Positions 1 through 13,600 of a DNA stretch of 64,000 nt are shown one piece after another. The notes beneath the pieces were generated by a model, which was not told the DNA's origin, did not search any database, and saw only the letters and a program-made list of their open reading frames with translations. The stretch comes from Camelus dromedarius (Eukaryota). Position numbers and translations under genes: made by a program. Each line of letters begins with the position of its first letter. Within the stretch, counting starts at the first letter, position 1. The stretch is from positions 15,812,001-15,876,000 of the forward strand of contig NC_087437.1 in NCBI RefSeq assembly GCF_036321535.1, written 5' to 3'.

Positions 1-3000
1 GAGGTTTTCTCTTCATGGTGGGAGTGTGTCCAGGAGTGTCACCGTCCTCTATTTTTCAATCCAGTACGAGAGCTACTTGTTGAGTATCTGCGAGGTGCTG
101 TGCAGATGCCAAAAGGGGCAGAATTCAGCCCTGCCCTGTGGAGGCCACACCTGCGCACAAGGCAGGAGACGGGAGTCACAGATGAAGCACCCAGATGTTT
201 AACAGGGCTGGTCCAATGACCATGCTTTGCGAACTGCTGACTTAGATGAAGAATGCTAAGAATAAGCCAGGAGGGCTGCATGGAGAAGGGTCCTTTGGCC
301 TCTGCAGGAGGAGGAGGAGAAGTCCTGGAATGTGATAGGGCCAGAGGCGGAGGGGGAAGTTTGGAGGGCAGCTGGCCCAGGGATAAGACTGCAGAGCTTT
401 TGCAGCTGGCGTGGAGGTGGACAGCAGGTAGACCTGGGAGGGGGCGGGGATGGGGAACTCTGTCTCCATCTCCGGAGATGGGTGAGTGGCACAGGGAGAG
501 CTGCGGGAACGCGGGAAGGACCCTGCGGGCAGAGCCAGGAGATCGGGGGGTCAGAATCCACTCATGCCAGCTGGACAGCTCCCTCCCGAGATACAGCCTA
601 GTCTGGACCCCACCACAGAAACCTGTGTCCCTGCCTCCTGTTGGGGTTATTATTGCTGCCTTGCTGGGTGGAGGAGGGGAGGAATGTGCCCCCTGGAGCT
701 CTGCTCCATGCTCCATGGAGCCCCTACTATGGGGAACGGACCACTGGTTTGGGAAGAGGCCCAACCCTTGCCTGCAGTAAGTCTGCTGAGTCTGGCCTTA
801 GGGGTTACCCAGCAGCAGGGTGGCCTTGGCCTCTGGGTGCTCTTCGAGGCTGGTAGCAGGCTGCTCCCGGTGGGCTGTGCCTTGCGGCACTGGGGAGGGG
901 CCAGGGCCCAGGACACCAGCGGGAGCTGCCTCCTCTTTGGAGCCTCTTCGTTCTTCCACCTTTCCCAATCCCCCAGGGCTTCTTAAATGTGCTACATCGT
1001 TTCTTAAAAGGCCCCTTTCTCTGCCTTGATCATAAAATTGCCAAGGAACAATGGCTGTCATTTAAAACAGCAGCATTAAAGCTCCTTCCCGCCAGTTATT
1101 GCAGTTGTCATTGCTGTTCCACATCAAAGCAGCGCGGAGCTCAGGGGCACAGGGAGGAGAGCCTGGCTTCCCTGCTCCCAGGGCCGCAGGGACCAGCCTG
1201 CTGGCTGAGACCTTCTCTGAAGGAGAGGCATCCTCCACGTTGGCCCCTGGAGAGACCGTCCTGGTTTGGGGCCTAGAGAAATGAGGCTGGGAGGCCTCCA
1301 GGGTGTGAGGACTCCTCAGTCTTTTTGGGGGTCCTCTGAACTTGCCCTCACTGACTGCTGTCAGCCAAGGGTGTGCAATAGGAAGTGTGGGGCAGAAAGA
1401 GACCTGTGTCCCAGGCACAGAGGGGAGAAGGGACCCTGAGGCCTGAGGGCTGACTTAGGAGTCCTGGTGCTGGCTCCAGAGGGGTCTGGGAGTTGTGCCT
1501 GAGCAGGAGGGGCAGCCTGCACTGCTTGGTCCATACTGACTGGGATGATGCTTGAGGGGTCATGATGCACCCCATCCCATCCCTGTTCCCCAGAGCACTC
1601 CTCTGGCGGCCCTATGGGCACGAGGACACAGGCAGTCTCCCCGTGGATGGAGCAGGGCCAGCGGCAGCAGACCCTCTGGCTGGTTGGTGCTGAGCCAGGA
1701 GGGTGTCTGTGTCCTTTCCCTGGGAACAGTCCTGCAGAAGCAGCTGGGAGGGAAGTGGCATCACAGTGGAAGGATGGGCCTTGGCCCAGGTCTGGATTGG
1801 GAGCTGCCTTCCTCCCCTCTTCCCTGATGGACCGTTGCCCTGTTTGCTCCTGGCTGAAGTCCTGAATGTGTTTGGGACAAAAGGTGCTGGTTCTGTGTCA
1901 CTCCAGGCTGGGTCCAGGGAGGAAAGCAAGAGGCACTGGGCCCCCCAGGACTGGGCAGGCCTTGTCTGGAAGGAAGAACCCCTGCTTCAGGGAGACGGCC
2001 CAGGAGGTTGCACACATGGCTCCTTAATGCAATGCTGCTTCTTAGTGACAGGTTTCCAAGGAAGGTTATGGTCTCTGGAGAGACTGCTTTCCAGGGTCTC
2101 CTTTGGGATCTGCTCCCCTTTCTCTCCCCCTGCCTCCTCCTCTTTCTCAATCTCTTCACATCTTCTTCTGTAAATTCCCTTCCTTCTAGAGTCACCCTCT
2201 TTCTGACAGCCCCCGGGCGCACCCCTTGAAATCTGCGGACAGTTGTTTGCATGGTGAGATGCACAGGGCTGTCTTGGCTTTTCCAGTCTTATCTCTTGGG
2301 CTACTGCCAGTTCGTGGGAGCCAAACCATGCTCATTGTCCTCGGTGCCGTGACCCGTGGGCACTGTGGTCACTCTTCACTGCCTGACAAAGGATAGTTGG
2401 TTTCGCATCTGAGGTTTGTTTAGACGTTAAGCCTTACAGAGGAAGGCATAAATATTGAATCCTCTTTGTTACACATTTAATGAATTCTGTTGGCTGAAAA
2501 TCATAAAATGGTGAGAATCCTGACAGTCTGAGAAACAAATTGTAACCTGCTTCACCTTTCTGTAGCTACACCCACCCTCAGAGCCGGACTGTCGTCCTTT
2601 GCCCAATGTGCTTCCGGGGACCTTAGGATGAGCCTGGATCTTAGCACATCCTTCTTTGCTCAATGTCTGTCTTAAAATTCTCCCAAAGGCGGGTTTTTCA
2701 GTACAGCCTCAGAGCTACAAGGATCTGTCCCAGTTCAGATTACGTTCCCGGCCCCGGTCCTTGCAGGTAACTTTGCACTTAACCCACCTCAGGGGTAAAG
2801 CTTTCCTGCCTATTTTAAGTGGTCACAACAGGACAGGGCACTGCCATCTGGTGTCATCCTCCTGCCCCCATGTCTCACCACTGTTCGCCTCAGTGGTCCC
2901 CTCCTTTTGGCCTCCCCACTCCTCTGGCAGCCTGCCTCCACCAGAAATCGGCAGCCACAGCGCACCCTGCCACTCCCACCCTGGCGAGCCGCGTTTTCAC

Positions 3001-3859
3001 AGATGGCTCTGTTAAATCTGGATGGGTTCCGAAGATGTTATTTGATTTCTGCAGCCCTCTTGTGCCAAGACCATATGGGGCTACAGGAGAAAAGGGCAGC
3101 GGGTCAGGCACTTAATCCCCCATCCACCACCCCCCGTATCTCCTTCGGGTACCTTCTTCATGGGATTTTAGTCAGTCCTTTGTGGTGAAGTGATGGGATT
3201 TTGAAGAGGGTTTTGGTGGGTGCGTCCAAGTGCAGCAGAATGCATCAGCCTCACCAGGAGGAGAGCTGCAGGCCTGAAAAGACACAAAGTGACATCTGGA
3301 GAGAATGAAACCACTCTCCTCCCAGACTTTGGGTGCTGGTGTCCGGGGGTGCAGTAAATCTGGAGAGACAGACAGACAGACAACCCCGAGCACCCTGATG
3401 ATTGATCTGTGTTGTACGAAGAGTGACCAGCCCTGCCTTTAGCAGAGGGCCACGGTCATGGGATAAGGGACAGGGATGGGGAGAGGCTGTGATACGGGGA
3501 GTGTGAGTGGGGCGGGGCTGGGCTGGGGTCAGGATGTCGGGGTCCGAGGGCTGACCCAGCTGCCATCTGCTGTGAGCCCATGGGCGCATGGCTTTACCAA
3601 CTGAGCCCCACGTTCTCCCAGCCACAAAGTCGGGAGGGCTGGGGAGGTCTCTTTCTATGACTGTCACATCTGGGTAGGGGTTGGGATAGAGGGAGGAGGC
3701 GGCAAGGCATTGCAGAATCCCAGGAGGCGGTGTGCTTGCACCCATCTGACTCATGGTGCCCACCCTCCCTGGGTCACCCCGAAAAAAACCAGAGGAGGCC
3801 AGGGGTGCCCCTGAGGACTCCCCTAGTTCATGTGGTGGATTTGGGCAGTTGCTCCCAAA

Positions 3860-4200
3860 GGAGCTAGAAATGGGAAGAAATGGAATACATGTTTTGAGGG
3901 TAAAACCAACAGATTTTAGTGATGGTTTGGCTGTGGGAAGTAGAGGAAGGGGAATTGTCAAAGGTGGCTTCCAGATTTCTGGCTTTTCCCGTTGACGGAT
4001 GCTGGTACCACTTGTTTAACTGGGAGGGAATGGAAGCCTGCCATGTTTGGGGGATCTGAATGTGCTGACTCAGAGCTGTGGTGAGACTTCCAAGTGAACG
4101 TGGTGAAGGAGATTGCATGTGTGGGTCTGGGGCTCTAAGGAGAGGTCTGTGGTCCGAGATTGAGGTAGAAGGTTGGTAGCCATGGGTATACAGGTAGTGA
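3860..4200 (-). mobile_element. L2 LINE fragment (decayed)
   Basis: Purine-rich tracts typical of antisense L2: 'ttttgagggtaaaaccaacagattttagtgatggtttggctgtggg', 'ttccagatttctggctt', 'gagacttccaagtg', 'ggagaggtctg'. Confidence 0.6.
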
Positions 4201-6285
4201 GTTCCCCACAGGGAACACCAGGGCCCAGCAGTGTCCTTGGACTCTTCTCATCAGGACAGAGAACAGAGAAGGCTTTCGGGAGGAAGAGAAGGGTTTTGGG
4301 CCCTTGCTCTGCCCAGAGCTACGGGTGGAGAGTGTGAGACACAAGTTCCCTAAAGGATTTTGGGATTGTCAGCAAAGCCCATTGTCCTCAGCCAGGACCC
4401 AGAGCCCACCCATCACGGAGTCCCTTCCACAAGCCCAGACTTGGCCTCGGAATCCTTTCTGACAGTGACTACTACCTACTGAAATCCTGTTGTGACCAGC
4501 AGCTGCATGTGTTTTCTCTCCTGCCCCGGAGGTTAACCCGAGGCTCCCGTGCAGAAAAATGGTGTCTGTCTTGCTGCAAGCCCCGAGCTGATGTCAGGTG
4601 GGGCTGGCTTGGGGCTCCAGGTGATGGATCTGGGATTACTGGGAGAAATTTTGCCATTAGGTGCTCAGTGAATATGTGTGGAATGAGCAAACGTCCAGAA
4701 AAGTGGGTGAACACAGCCTCTTGGGGGCAGAGGCACAAGGAATCTGCTGGATGAGCTCGGAGACTGAGCTGAGCTGAGCAGAGTCCGGGAAGTACTCACT
4801 GAAAGGTGATCTGTGTCCTCATCTTGATCAAATGTCTCTTTCTGGACCAAGTCAGACCCACCATGAACCTGGCTCCTGGTTTCCACTCCTCAAGGAATTA
4901 CCATTACTGCCCTGCACCTGGGCAGGACGCTGTCAGCCTGCATGGCGGGGCTTTAGAAGAACAGGCCTGGGAAAGTCTTGGTGGTGTTTGTCGTGAGGGT
5001 GTTGTTGGCAGTGTTCATTGCATTACACGGTGTCCTTGTTGGGGCCCATGGGAGGCATTTGATTCCAGCTTCCGTATCAAGAACAGTGGGCTTTTCTGAG
5101 CAATCATTTTATTTATGTCCTTTGGACCCCGTGACCCGTGTAACTGATCAGGTTTTCCTCATCCATCGACCGCTAGAAAATCCAGCTTTAATGTGTGGCT
5201 TGGCCAGAGAAAATGAGTTGTTTTAGCCTCACCATGGGCTCCAATTTATGTCTTTACTCTTGGTTTGGCTTTCCTTCCCACCTATTTTTCTTTAGAGATT
5301 TCCTATTGCTTTTTTCTCTTGATACAGAACAAATATAGATGCTCTACAAAATTTAAAAAACATAGAAAACTATAAAGAAGAAAACTGCATTAATTGTATT
5401 CCTTACCCCTCCTGGTGGCAACCTTAAATTTTGTGTTCTGTTTACCTGTATCAGTCCTATACACGCATGAGCACACGGCACATAGGTGTGCAAACACACA
5501 TACACACACGCACAACGGTCAGACAGCAGTTGCACCACCTTATGCAGAGTGTTTGGTAATTTAAAAAAATTGCAAAACAGAAGGTGTTTTTTTACCTGGT
5601 TACTTATATATCTTATAGTATTTTACATAATCCTTGTAAGCCATCTTAAATCTTCTAAAACAGAGTGGATTATAAATAAAATAAAATGTAAGAGTTAAGG
5701 CAGAGACTTCCAAGGAAGCTTTGGAACTCAGAATGAGGCAAGGTCTGCGGCAAAATCTCGAGAAGGGCTCAGAGGTGCTCCGCAGAAGCTAGAGGCTCCA
5801 GACGGGGATGTCAGAGCTGCCTCGCGGGTGGAGTTGCTCTGGGAAGGCTGTCTTTGGTTCTTGAGGGAAGTTTGAACACACTGGAAGAAATTCAAATGTG
5901 CCCATTGGATTCCACAGTCAGACTGGAAGAAACTCGCCTGTTGAACCTGTAGACAGAGGACTGGGGCTACTATGAGGGGTGAGAAATGGGGGAATGTGCA
6001 CCCTGTGAATGACCTACCACTCATCTGAGCAGAGACAGCAGAAGTCACCTCTAAGCACCAGGATGGCTCCTGGTGACAACCTGGGCTGTGACCTGGGTGT
6101 CCGCACTGTGATGGAGATGGTATGTAGAACTGTCTCCCGATACGTTTTTCCGTAGCAGTAGGCTGCTTGATTTCCCTGTAGCCTTTCCACCAGTGATGCT
6201 GGGGGAAGGAGAAAGGGGATATACTGCAGGGTAGGGCAAAAAGGAGGCAGGACCTAGAGACGTTTCTGCTGCTAGGATAACTCTT

Positions 6286-6432
6286 TTTTTAAAAACACCT
6301 CTATTGTGGTATGGCTCCTGTACAGTAGACTACACATATTTCAGATGTACACTTTGATGAATTTTGATAGATGTCTACACCCATGAAACCACTGCCACAA
6401 TCAAGATAGCTAACATCTCCATCACTCCCTAA
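6286..6432 (-). mobile_element. Old L1M (L1MB/MC-like) 3' end
   Basis: T-run followed by 'tgtacactttgatgaattttgatagatgtctacacccatgaaaccactgccacaatcaagata...atctccatcactccc', the antisense 3' terminus of old eutherian L1. Confidence 0.75.
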
Positions 6433-6469
6433 CTTAAGGTGTAATTTTTTAATTGGGATCTCTTATGAT

Positions 6470-6690
6470 TGAGTCCTGACCTGGTACCAGGCACTCTGCT
6501 GAGTGTTTTATGTCTGTTCATCATTGGATCCACAAAGCAACTCGATGAGATGGTAATATTAGCATTATACCCATTTTACAGATGATGAAATAGAGGAAGA
6601 GAGGAGTCAAGTCACTTACTTAAGGTCATGTAGCTACTAATGGGTGGAGGCAGGTCCAAAGTCAAGCGAGCTGACTGAAGATTTTACCCT
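6470..6690 (-). mobile_element. MIR SINE
   Basis: Core 'cccattttacagatgatgaaa...gaggagtcaagtcacttacttaaggtcatgtagcta', preceded by 'ccaggcactctgctgagtgtttta'. Confidence 0.8.
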
Positions 6691-7258
6691 TAACCTCACA
6701 AGACTCCAAGAGCGCACACAGGAATACAAATAAGATTGTGCTTCTGGTTCCTGGAGGAAAGCAGAGAGCTGGAGAGGAAGGCGAGGATGGAACTGGGTGC
6801 TGGTGCCCCAGGGCCCCACTTTGCGGTGGGGGAAGGTGGTGGAGGTATTGCGGGCTTGGAGATCCTTAGACAGGTTGCCAGGAGTGTGGGGGAAGAACAA
6901 GCAGATGGGAGGAGGCCAGGAGTGGGGCTGCAGCCCAGCGAGAGGGACCTGTGCAGGCCCCCAGGGTCTGAAAAATCAGGGAATTCTTCCTTCCCTTGGG
7001 GGGCAGGCTGGGCATTCCGTGTGGGCAGGGGCTGGAGCAGGCGGCCACATCTCATGTCCCCGTAAGTGAGGATAGCTCAGCATCCCCGCACCCCACCCCA
7101 TCTCAGGGTGGGGGAGGGAGGACAAAGGAGCCTGAGTGTTAATCTGAAAGGAGATTTTTTTAAACCAGAAGAAAGAGAATTTTCTCTACCTGCACAGTTT
7201 ATTTTTGCCTGCTGTCATCAGAGCTTGGTGCTGATGAACGAGAGCTCAGATTTTAGAC

Positions 7259-7537
7259 CTGTTCTGTTCAATCTGGTAGCTACGAGCCACGTGTGGCTCT
7301 TGAGCAGTTGGAATGCGGCTGCTCCTTACTGAGAGGTGCTGTGTCAGAGAGATCCCGGACGTGGAAGAATTTGTCTGAAAGAAAGAATAAAATGGCTCAA
7401 TGATTTGTGTATTGAATACATGTTTAATGGTACCATTTGGACATTTCAGGGCTAGGTAATTATTAAAATTGATTTCACTTTTATTAATGTGAAATTTAAA
7501 ATGACACGTGGCATTATATTTCTGCTGGACAGCAGTG
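7259..7537 (-). mobile_element. MER33-like hAT-Charlie non-autonomous DNA transposon
   Basis: Termini 'ctgttctgttcaatctggtagctacgagccacgtgtggctcttgagca' and 'cattatatttctgctggacagcagtg' match MER3/MER33 ends; AT-rich interior. Confidence 0.8.
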
Positions 7538-9214
7538 TTTTAGACAAAGAGGAAAGTTGTAAATAAACAGGAAGGAAGGTTGTGAATTTTGCACCTCTCA
7601 CTGACCTGTGTGAATTTCTGGGGCATAAAGTGCATCTGAAGAAGGCATGTGTCCTTGCAGAGCTGGTGTTAGGTTGGGTTCCTTGGCAAGGTGTTGTGGT
7701 GGGGCTCTGATGCCAGGAAGCCAGGGGAAGACGAGGGAGCCCGCCCAGGAATGTGGGGATGCGGGTTGAGCTCCAGGGGGCGGCTCCACGGAGACCCAGC
7801 ATGTCACTGAGTTTCCCGGGTGGTGCCTGTCCCCGTCTGCTCCTCTGTGTCCTCTCAGTACCTTTTCCTCCCTCTGAATCTCTGCCTCCTGGCCCCCCTC
7901 ACATCCCAGCCTCCACCTTGCTGCCTTCTCCTGATGCAAGCATCCTGGTTGGCGAGATTCAGCTTTTCACACCAGGCCGTGTCATGGCCATCGACCGGAT
8001 GTCAGCCCGGAGTCAGTGCCGGCCTCCGATCCACTCGGTGATGACCTCTGTGTGGATGCCAGTTTGACGTGTGCCCCTGAGCAGAGGGCAAGGAAGTTGG
8101 GCCTGACAGGCACTATGATGATAGGGGGTGGGGGTGAGGGTCGGTCACAAGAACAGAAACAAAAGACCGGCAGTGTCCATCCAGGTACCACGCCGAGGGG
8201 CAGTGCCCGCCCCAAGCACCTGTCCAGGGGCAATACCTGTACATCTCCAGGGTGGAAGTGAAGGTACAGCCTGCGAGCCTGATGCTCCTGAATATTTAAA
8301 TTCTATCATCCATTTCCATGTACCTGCTGGATCCTGTGACTCTCTGTACAGCTTGTCTATGGGCGGGTCAGCACTGGTCAGCCAGCAGAGGTACTCCGGC
8401 TAATTTCTTTTGAAAGTGACACATTGGCATCCTGGTTACTCATTACTCTTTGTGAATGTTGCTGGCAGGAGTCGGCCCCCCGTTACTACAGCTGTGGGTC
8501 TGACCTGGTTGGGATGATTTCATGAAAGATGGTACCACGCTGGCAGGCTTCCTGAAAGCCATCCAGGGGGGTCTTAGTTTGTGCCATCCCCGCACCTAAC
8601 CTTTACAGAACTTCAGGCTGACAGTGTTCCCTTGCTCTCAGTGGCAAGCATTTGGTCGTATCAGCATCGTCCTCATCACTGTTGTCATCTCCAGGGCGTC
8701 ACTGTAGATTGGAGTGGCATGTACTCCTTGCTCAGGGCCCCAGAAGGCTGTCCTGTTACATCCCAAATGCTTAGTTGGTCCCCTAACAGGTCAGAATCAA
8801 GGACGATGCTTTGCGTGTGTTTATGCGAGCACTTGGCGTGGCACGTGGGAGGGCATCTGGGGTTCCATAGCCGAGTAATTAAACAGGAGAACATATCTGA
8901 TGTCCAGGTAATTACTGCTGAACATCTGCTAACTATGGAGTTTCACTGATGGCTGGTGTTGTTAGGCACGAAAGTGGTGGTGTGTTTGCACTCAACACGG
9001 CAAAGGGATGATTTAAAATCTATTCCCATCAGTGGCGCACAGAGCAGCCCTGACATAAATTAAGGAAGCCGGAAGCTTATGTAACCTGACCCAAAAATCA
9101 CTTCCAGAAAGGGGCACAGGAGAGCTCGCTCTGCTCCGGAAAGGCTGCTAGAAATAACAGCATGAAATGATCGACTCTTGATTGAAGAAGGAGAGTTGAT
9201 CGAGCCTACGCGTC

Positions 9215-9300
9215 TTGACTGTGGAGGAAACTGAGGCAGCGCAGGGAGGGGAGGTGACCACAGAGGTCGGTGACAGAGCCAGGACCAGCTGGCCAGAACC
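9215..9300 (-). mobile_element. MIR fragment
   Basis: 'gaggaaactgaggcag...gaccacagaggtcggtgacagagccaggac'. Confidence 0.5.
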
Positions 9301-10540
9301 TCCCACCAGAGCATCCCCCAGCGGGTCCCCAAAGCCCAGCCTGCCCTGGCAGATCCCTTGGAGGCACTTACGGACAGCCTTGGCTGACATCCTGCTGCCT
9401 GGCCACGTGGGGGGCAAGCTGTTTACCCCACCTCCTACCTCTGCACGATCATGGGAGCCGAAACCCGTGGATGGAGGGGAGGAGGAATTTGGGAAAGTCT
9501 CACCTCTGGTTTGGAGGCCTTTTCCTTTTTCCCATTCACGTCTGAGAGGCAGAAGAACACCGGGGACTTCTCCTGGGCTCCTGTGCCTCTCATTTTGTCT
9601 TTGCCTCCTGGTTAACTGTTTCAGGCTCTGCCCCAGGAGGTGTGGTGTAACATCTTCTCTCTTCTCTCGCTCTCTAATCGCTCTTCCCTAGGCCTCACCA
9701 AGTGATGGCTGCCAACCAGCAGAGAAAATCTTAAATGCAGCCTCGCGGTGGTGGCAACCAGGAGGCGTAGGGAAGCTTGCCTTAGATCGCACTCTCCACC
9801 CAGTCTTCCTACGGGAAGTTAACTTGGAGGGTGGGAGGAGGTGTCCAGCCCATTCAAGGCCATTCTGGTCAAGGAGTGTGGCAGGTCTGGGCCCTGATCT
9901 GGTCCAGGGGTGCTGAGATCTCTAATGGGCCCACCCCAGGGTGCTGCTCTGACACCCTGAACTCCCGGCAGAGTCCCCAGTGAGCCTTCTGCTGGGGCCT
10001 GCAGTGCCCTCAGTGGTCTCATAGCATCTTCCTCTGACCCTCACGACCCTGACTTCAGTCTCTGTGGAGCCTGCCAGCTGCCCCATTAGGACTTCACATC
10101 TCTCCTACCCAAATGTGATCATTCATTCAATTAACAGACACTTATTTGCAGACTCTTCCTTTTTTTTAAATAAAGATTTCTGTTACCAAATCACTAAGTA
10201 CATTTTTTTCTGATTCCTCTTCCAATCTGTGTTTAGACGCATACAAATTTACTGATCATTTCTCCTTGCTTTGCATAATCTCTGTAATTTTCACTTGTCA
10301 GTGGTTTTGTAACAGTCCCTGAAGTGGCTGTTTAGTATTTAACCATTCCCCTGTTTTGTGAAATTGGAAATAAGTATATCATGTATTTAGCTTTTCTTCC
10401 CCATACTGCTTTTTCTGTCCTTTGATAAACTCTGAAGAGTGGATTGTTTTTGAGCACTCAGAGCTGTTAAAAGTGCAGAGTTGCATCGTATGCACATTTA
10501 AGTGAGCAGAATTTAACTCTAGCAAAAGAGGAGTGGAAAT

Positions 10541-10600
10541 ACACGCGCACACACACACACAAACACACACACATGCACACACACACACACACACACACGC
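10541..10600. repeat. Interrupted (CA)n microsatellite
   Basis: About 60 bp of CA repeats with a few interruptions, directly visible. Confidence 0.95.
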
Positions 10601-13600
10601 AGGGGAAGGGGCACAGGGCTGTGCTGACCCCTAAGCCAGCTTCCCTCCCTCAAGCCTCCCTTTCTGGGAGCCACACCCTCGTTAAAGAAGCTGATGTTAA
10701 GGATGCGTGGTTTTCGTGTTCTCTGGCGCCTAAGTGTACACCAACTGCTTCAGCTGGTACCCAGCCAAAGAAAGGGCCATCTGTTCCTGGGAAAGAGGAT
10801 GTGGCAGTGTCCAGCACGGTGCCTTCCTCAGGGCTCTTAAGGGCAGTTTTGACTGTATGGACTTTCACTAACCCTGGTATAAGTAGCAAGCCCACTTAAT
10901 GCTTTCCAAAAGGTGGCTTGGTGCCGTCACTGTGAGTGACATTAGAGCCTCCCACCAGTCAGGGCACCCGCCATGCACCCCGGTTCGCCCCCAGATTTAA
11001 TGAGTACTTCAAGACTCACTGCTCAGTTTGCATGTGTTTGCTCCATGTTTGGTTTTACTTTTTGTGTTTCCCCAAGAAGCACCTCCCTGGCTGTGGGCGA
11101 TGCAGTGAGCAGGAGAGGGTGGGGAGGATATGGGTGGCTTGGAATGCCAGGAGAGGGCCGGGCCAGGTTTGCAGAGGTTGGAATTACGGGGCTAAAGGGA
11201 GTGAGTGTGGTGAGGAAGGGGCCAGGGTTGGGGAGGCAAATCTATGCAGAACCCAATTAGGGTCCCAAGGAGCAGAGAGAGACCCTGGGACTAGAAGAAA
11301 GAGCTGGAATAGAAGGATGATGATGTCATTGTAGCGTTGTCGAGGGCAGGGGTTTTAAGAAGGCAGTCAAGTGGGTGGGGGGTGGCCAAGACACCTGGCA
11401 AAGGCATGGATAGAATGGGCTTTGGCAAGCTGTTTCCTGGAATAGTGGGGTGGAATGCACGTTAGGGGAATAAGCAGGGGATGGATAGGGAGGCAGTGAG
11501 CCTCCCGGTGTAGACTTGAGAGTTTCAGCAACCAAATGAGAGGATTTGTCTTACCAACTAGAAAAGGCAGAGGGAAGCCGTGATAGCTTCCAGAAAAGGA
11601 AGCTGCCCTGGAAAGGTGTGTGGGAGAGTGAAGGAAGGGATGGGGGAGCATGGAGGGAAATAGGAGAAACTGTCCCCCCAAAGGTAGGAAAGAGGTGTTC
11701 AGACACCATTAAGCTAAAAGGATAGCCCGTGTAGGGTACTGTCCCTGGGCTTCTGCCAACATCTAACTTGGGTTTTCTGGGAGAAGCAGTTGGCTGTCTG
11801 GGTGAGGAGGACTTGGTACAGGTTTGGAGATGGGGGCAGCCCGGAGGGAGGAGGAGCAGTTTAAGTTGGGCTCAAAGAGGTCAGAAGTGTAGACTCCATG
11901 GGTGTCCCTAGTCTGCCCCCCAAGCCCTAAGTAGACTTACACCTGTCTCAGCCACAGCCCCTCCCCTGGGGATAGTGGTCTCTTTGGTCTCAGATTTATT
12001 TTTCTGAACAAGCTATTATTCTTTCTTTCGTTTGCACTTTGTGAGCTAAAAGTAAAAAAAAAAAAAAAAGACACCCAATTAGAACAAAACTTTAATTAAA
12101 TCGAAACACCAATTAAAATATATCATCAATGAAAATTGAGTAATTAAAGTATGTCCGCCAAGCAGCGGCCGATACGGCTTGGTGGCCCAGAAGCACCAGC
12201 CGTGGTCACAGGGCGGCTGGCGGGCTGGCTGAACGTGCTGCTGTGGCCGTCGGGGTTTGGGGAGCAGGACACGGAGGGTTGGCTTTGGGACACGACATCC
12301 CTCTTGAGTCCTTTGACCCTGTGGCACCGTCAGTGACCCTCTTGCTCCATTTCCTGGAGTTAGAGGGGTTCAGTGCTGGTGCTGGCTGCGTACGGAGCAG
12401 AGCAGAGGCCGTCCTGGTGGGACCCGGAGGAAGAATGGCTGTGAGTCACACTTGGGGCTTCCCACACCACACCTGACAGTCACCTCGACTCAAAGCCACA
12501 CACACATTTGGGAGTGGTGTCTTCCCTCCCATCGGTAGTGTGGCTTCGAGAACCACTCTGTGTGGGTGGCTTTGCTCCACGGGTCCCTGAACTTCAGAGG
12601 AGGGTGGACCCTAGGCTCCCCTGACTTGGCAGACCTGGTATTCGTGGCCTCGTGCCCCCTGGGCCTTCCCTCCTGTCTTCCTCCTCTCCCACTGTGCCTG
12701 TGTGGACAAAGGTCTCCATTCAGCCACTCCTGTTGTCTCAACCCGGCTGGTTGCTGGAAGTAGTAAGATGTTCCTCTAAAGCTGTCACTGGTCACCCCTA
12801 CTTCAAGGCCCAGTTAGATATGTCTTCTTGCTGCTCCTCTGAGTCAGTCTGCTGACCTCAACTGGCCAGTTTTGCATCATACTGCAATTTCTTAGCTACA
12901 CAGCCATTTCCATTCCTCTGCAGAAGTCAGGGTATGAGTTAATAAATAGTATTAAGTTCCATCTTCCTTGTGTAAGAGACTGCATGCTTTTTCAGGGTAG
13001 CGGCTGACCTTCCTTATCTTTTTACTAGCCACTAATTTTTACAGTCAGCAACTCCAACCTTTAGAATTTTATTTTACTCTTCTAAGGAAGAGTCTTAGTT
13101 TGACGGGCACAAAGTCCCCACGTGTGGAAGGGTCCCCCGGGTGGCCGTCCAGCACGCCCCACCTGCGGAGGCTGGGACTCCGCCTGCCTGAGGTGAGCTC
13201 ACTTCAAGAGCAGGCGAGTTCTTAGGAGAAAATCAATAATCTCATGTGTGCTTGTCTTTTAAGCCCAGTGTTCTTAAGTGGCAGTGAGCTCCACCAGCAA
13301 CAAAGGAAGGAAGAAATTAGGTAAAGGGAGAATCAATATTTGTGTGGGGTTTTAAAGACTTAACAGTCTTTTACGCTCCTTTGTTCTGGGGAATAGTCGC
13401 TGTTCCCCAGCAAGCCTGGAGAGAGAAGCGCCGCTCCGTGAATTTACTCTTTCGCCTGGAGGCAGAGCAGGTGTGGCGTCCCCGCAAAGCCCCGTTCCTT
13501 CTCTCTAACCTTATCCCTTCTTAGCCAGCGTTGTATTTAAGGCAGAGACCAGGAGAGGCAGAGCTGCCCTGTTGATGCCTGGCTGTGTCCCGTGTCCAGC

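Noticed and set aside
39..986. Overlapping 166-241 aa ORFs on both strands
   Set aside because: Pro/Ser/Gly/Arg-rich translations typical of GC-rich non-coding DNA; no recognisable domain or exon structure.
3251..3961. 236 aa minus-strand ORF
   Set aside because: Starts inside an L2 remnant, and no protein family is recognisable.
7960..8070. CpG-rich stretch after a possible acceptor (ttttcacaccag)
   Set aside because: Exon-like, but no convincing donor and no recognisable peptide.
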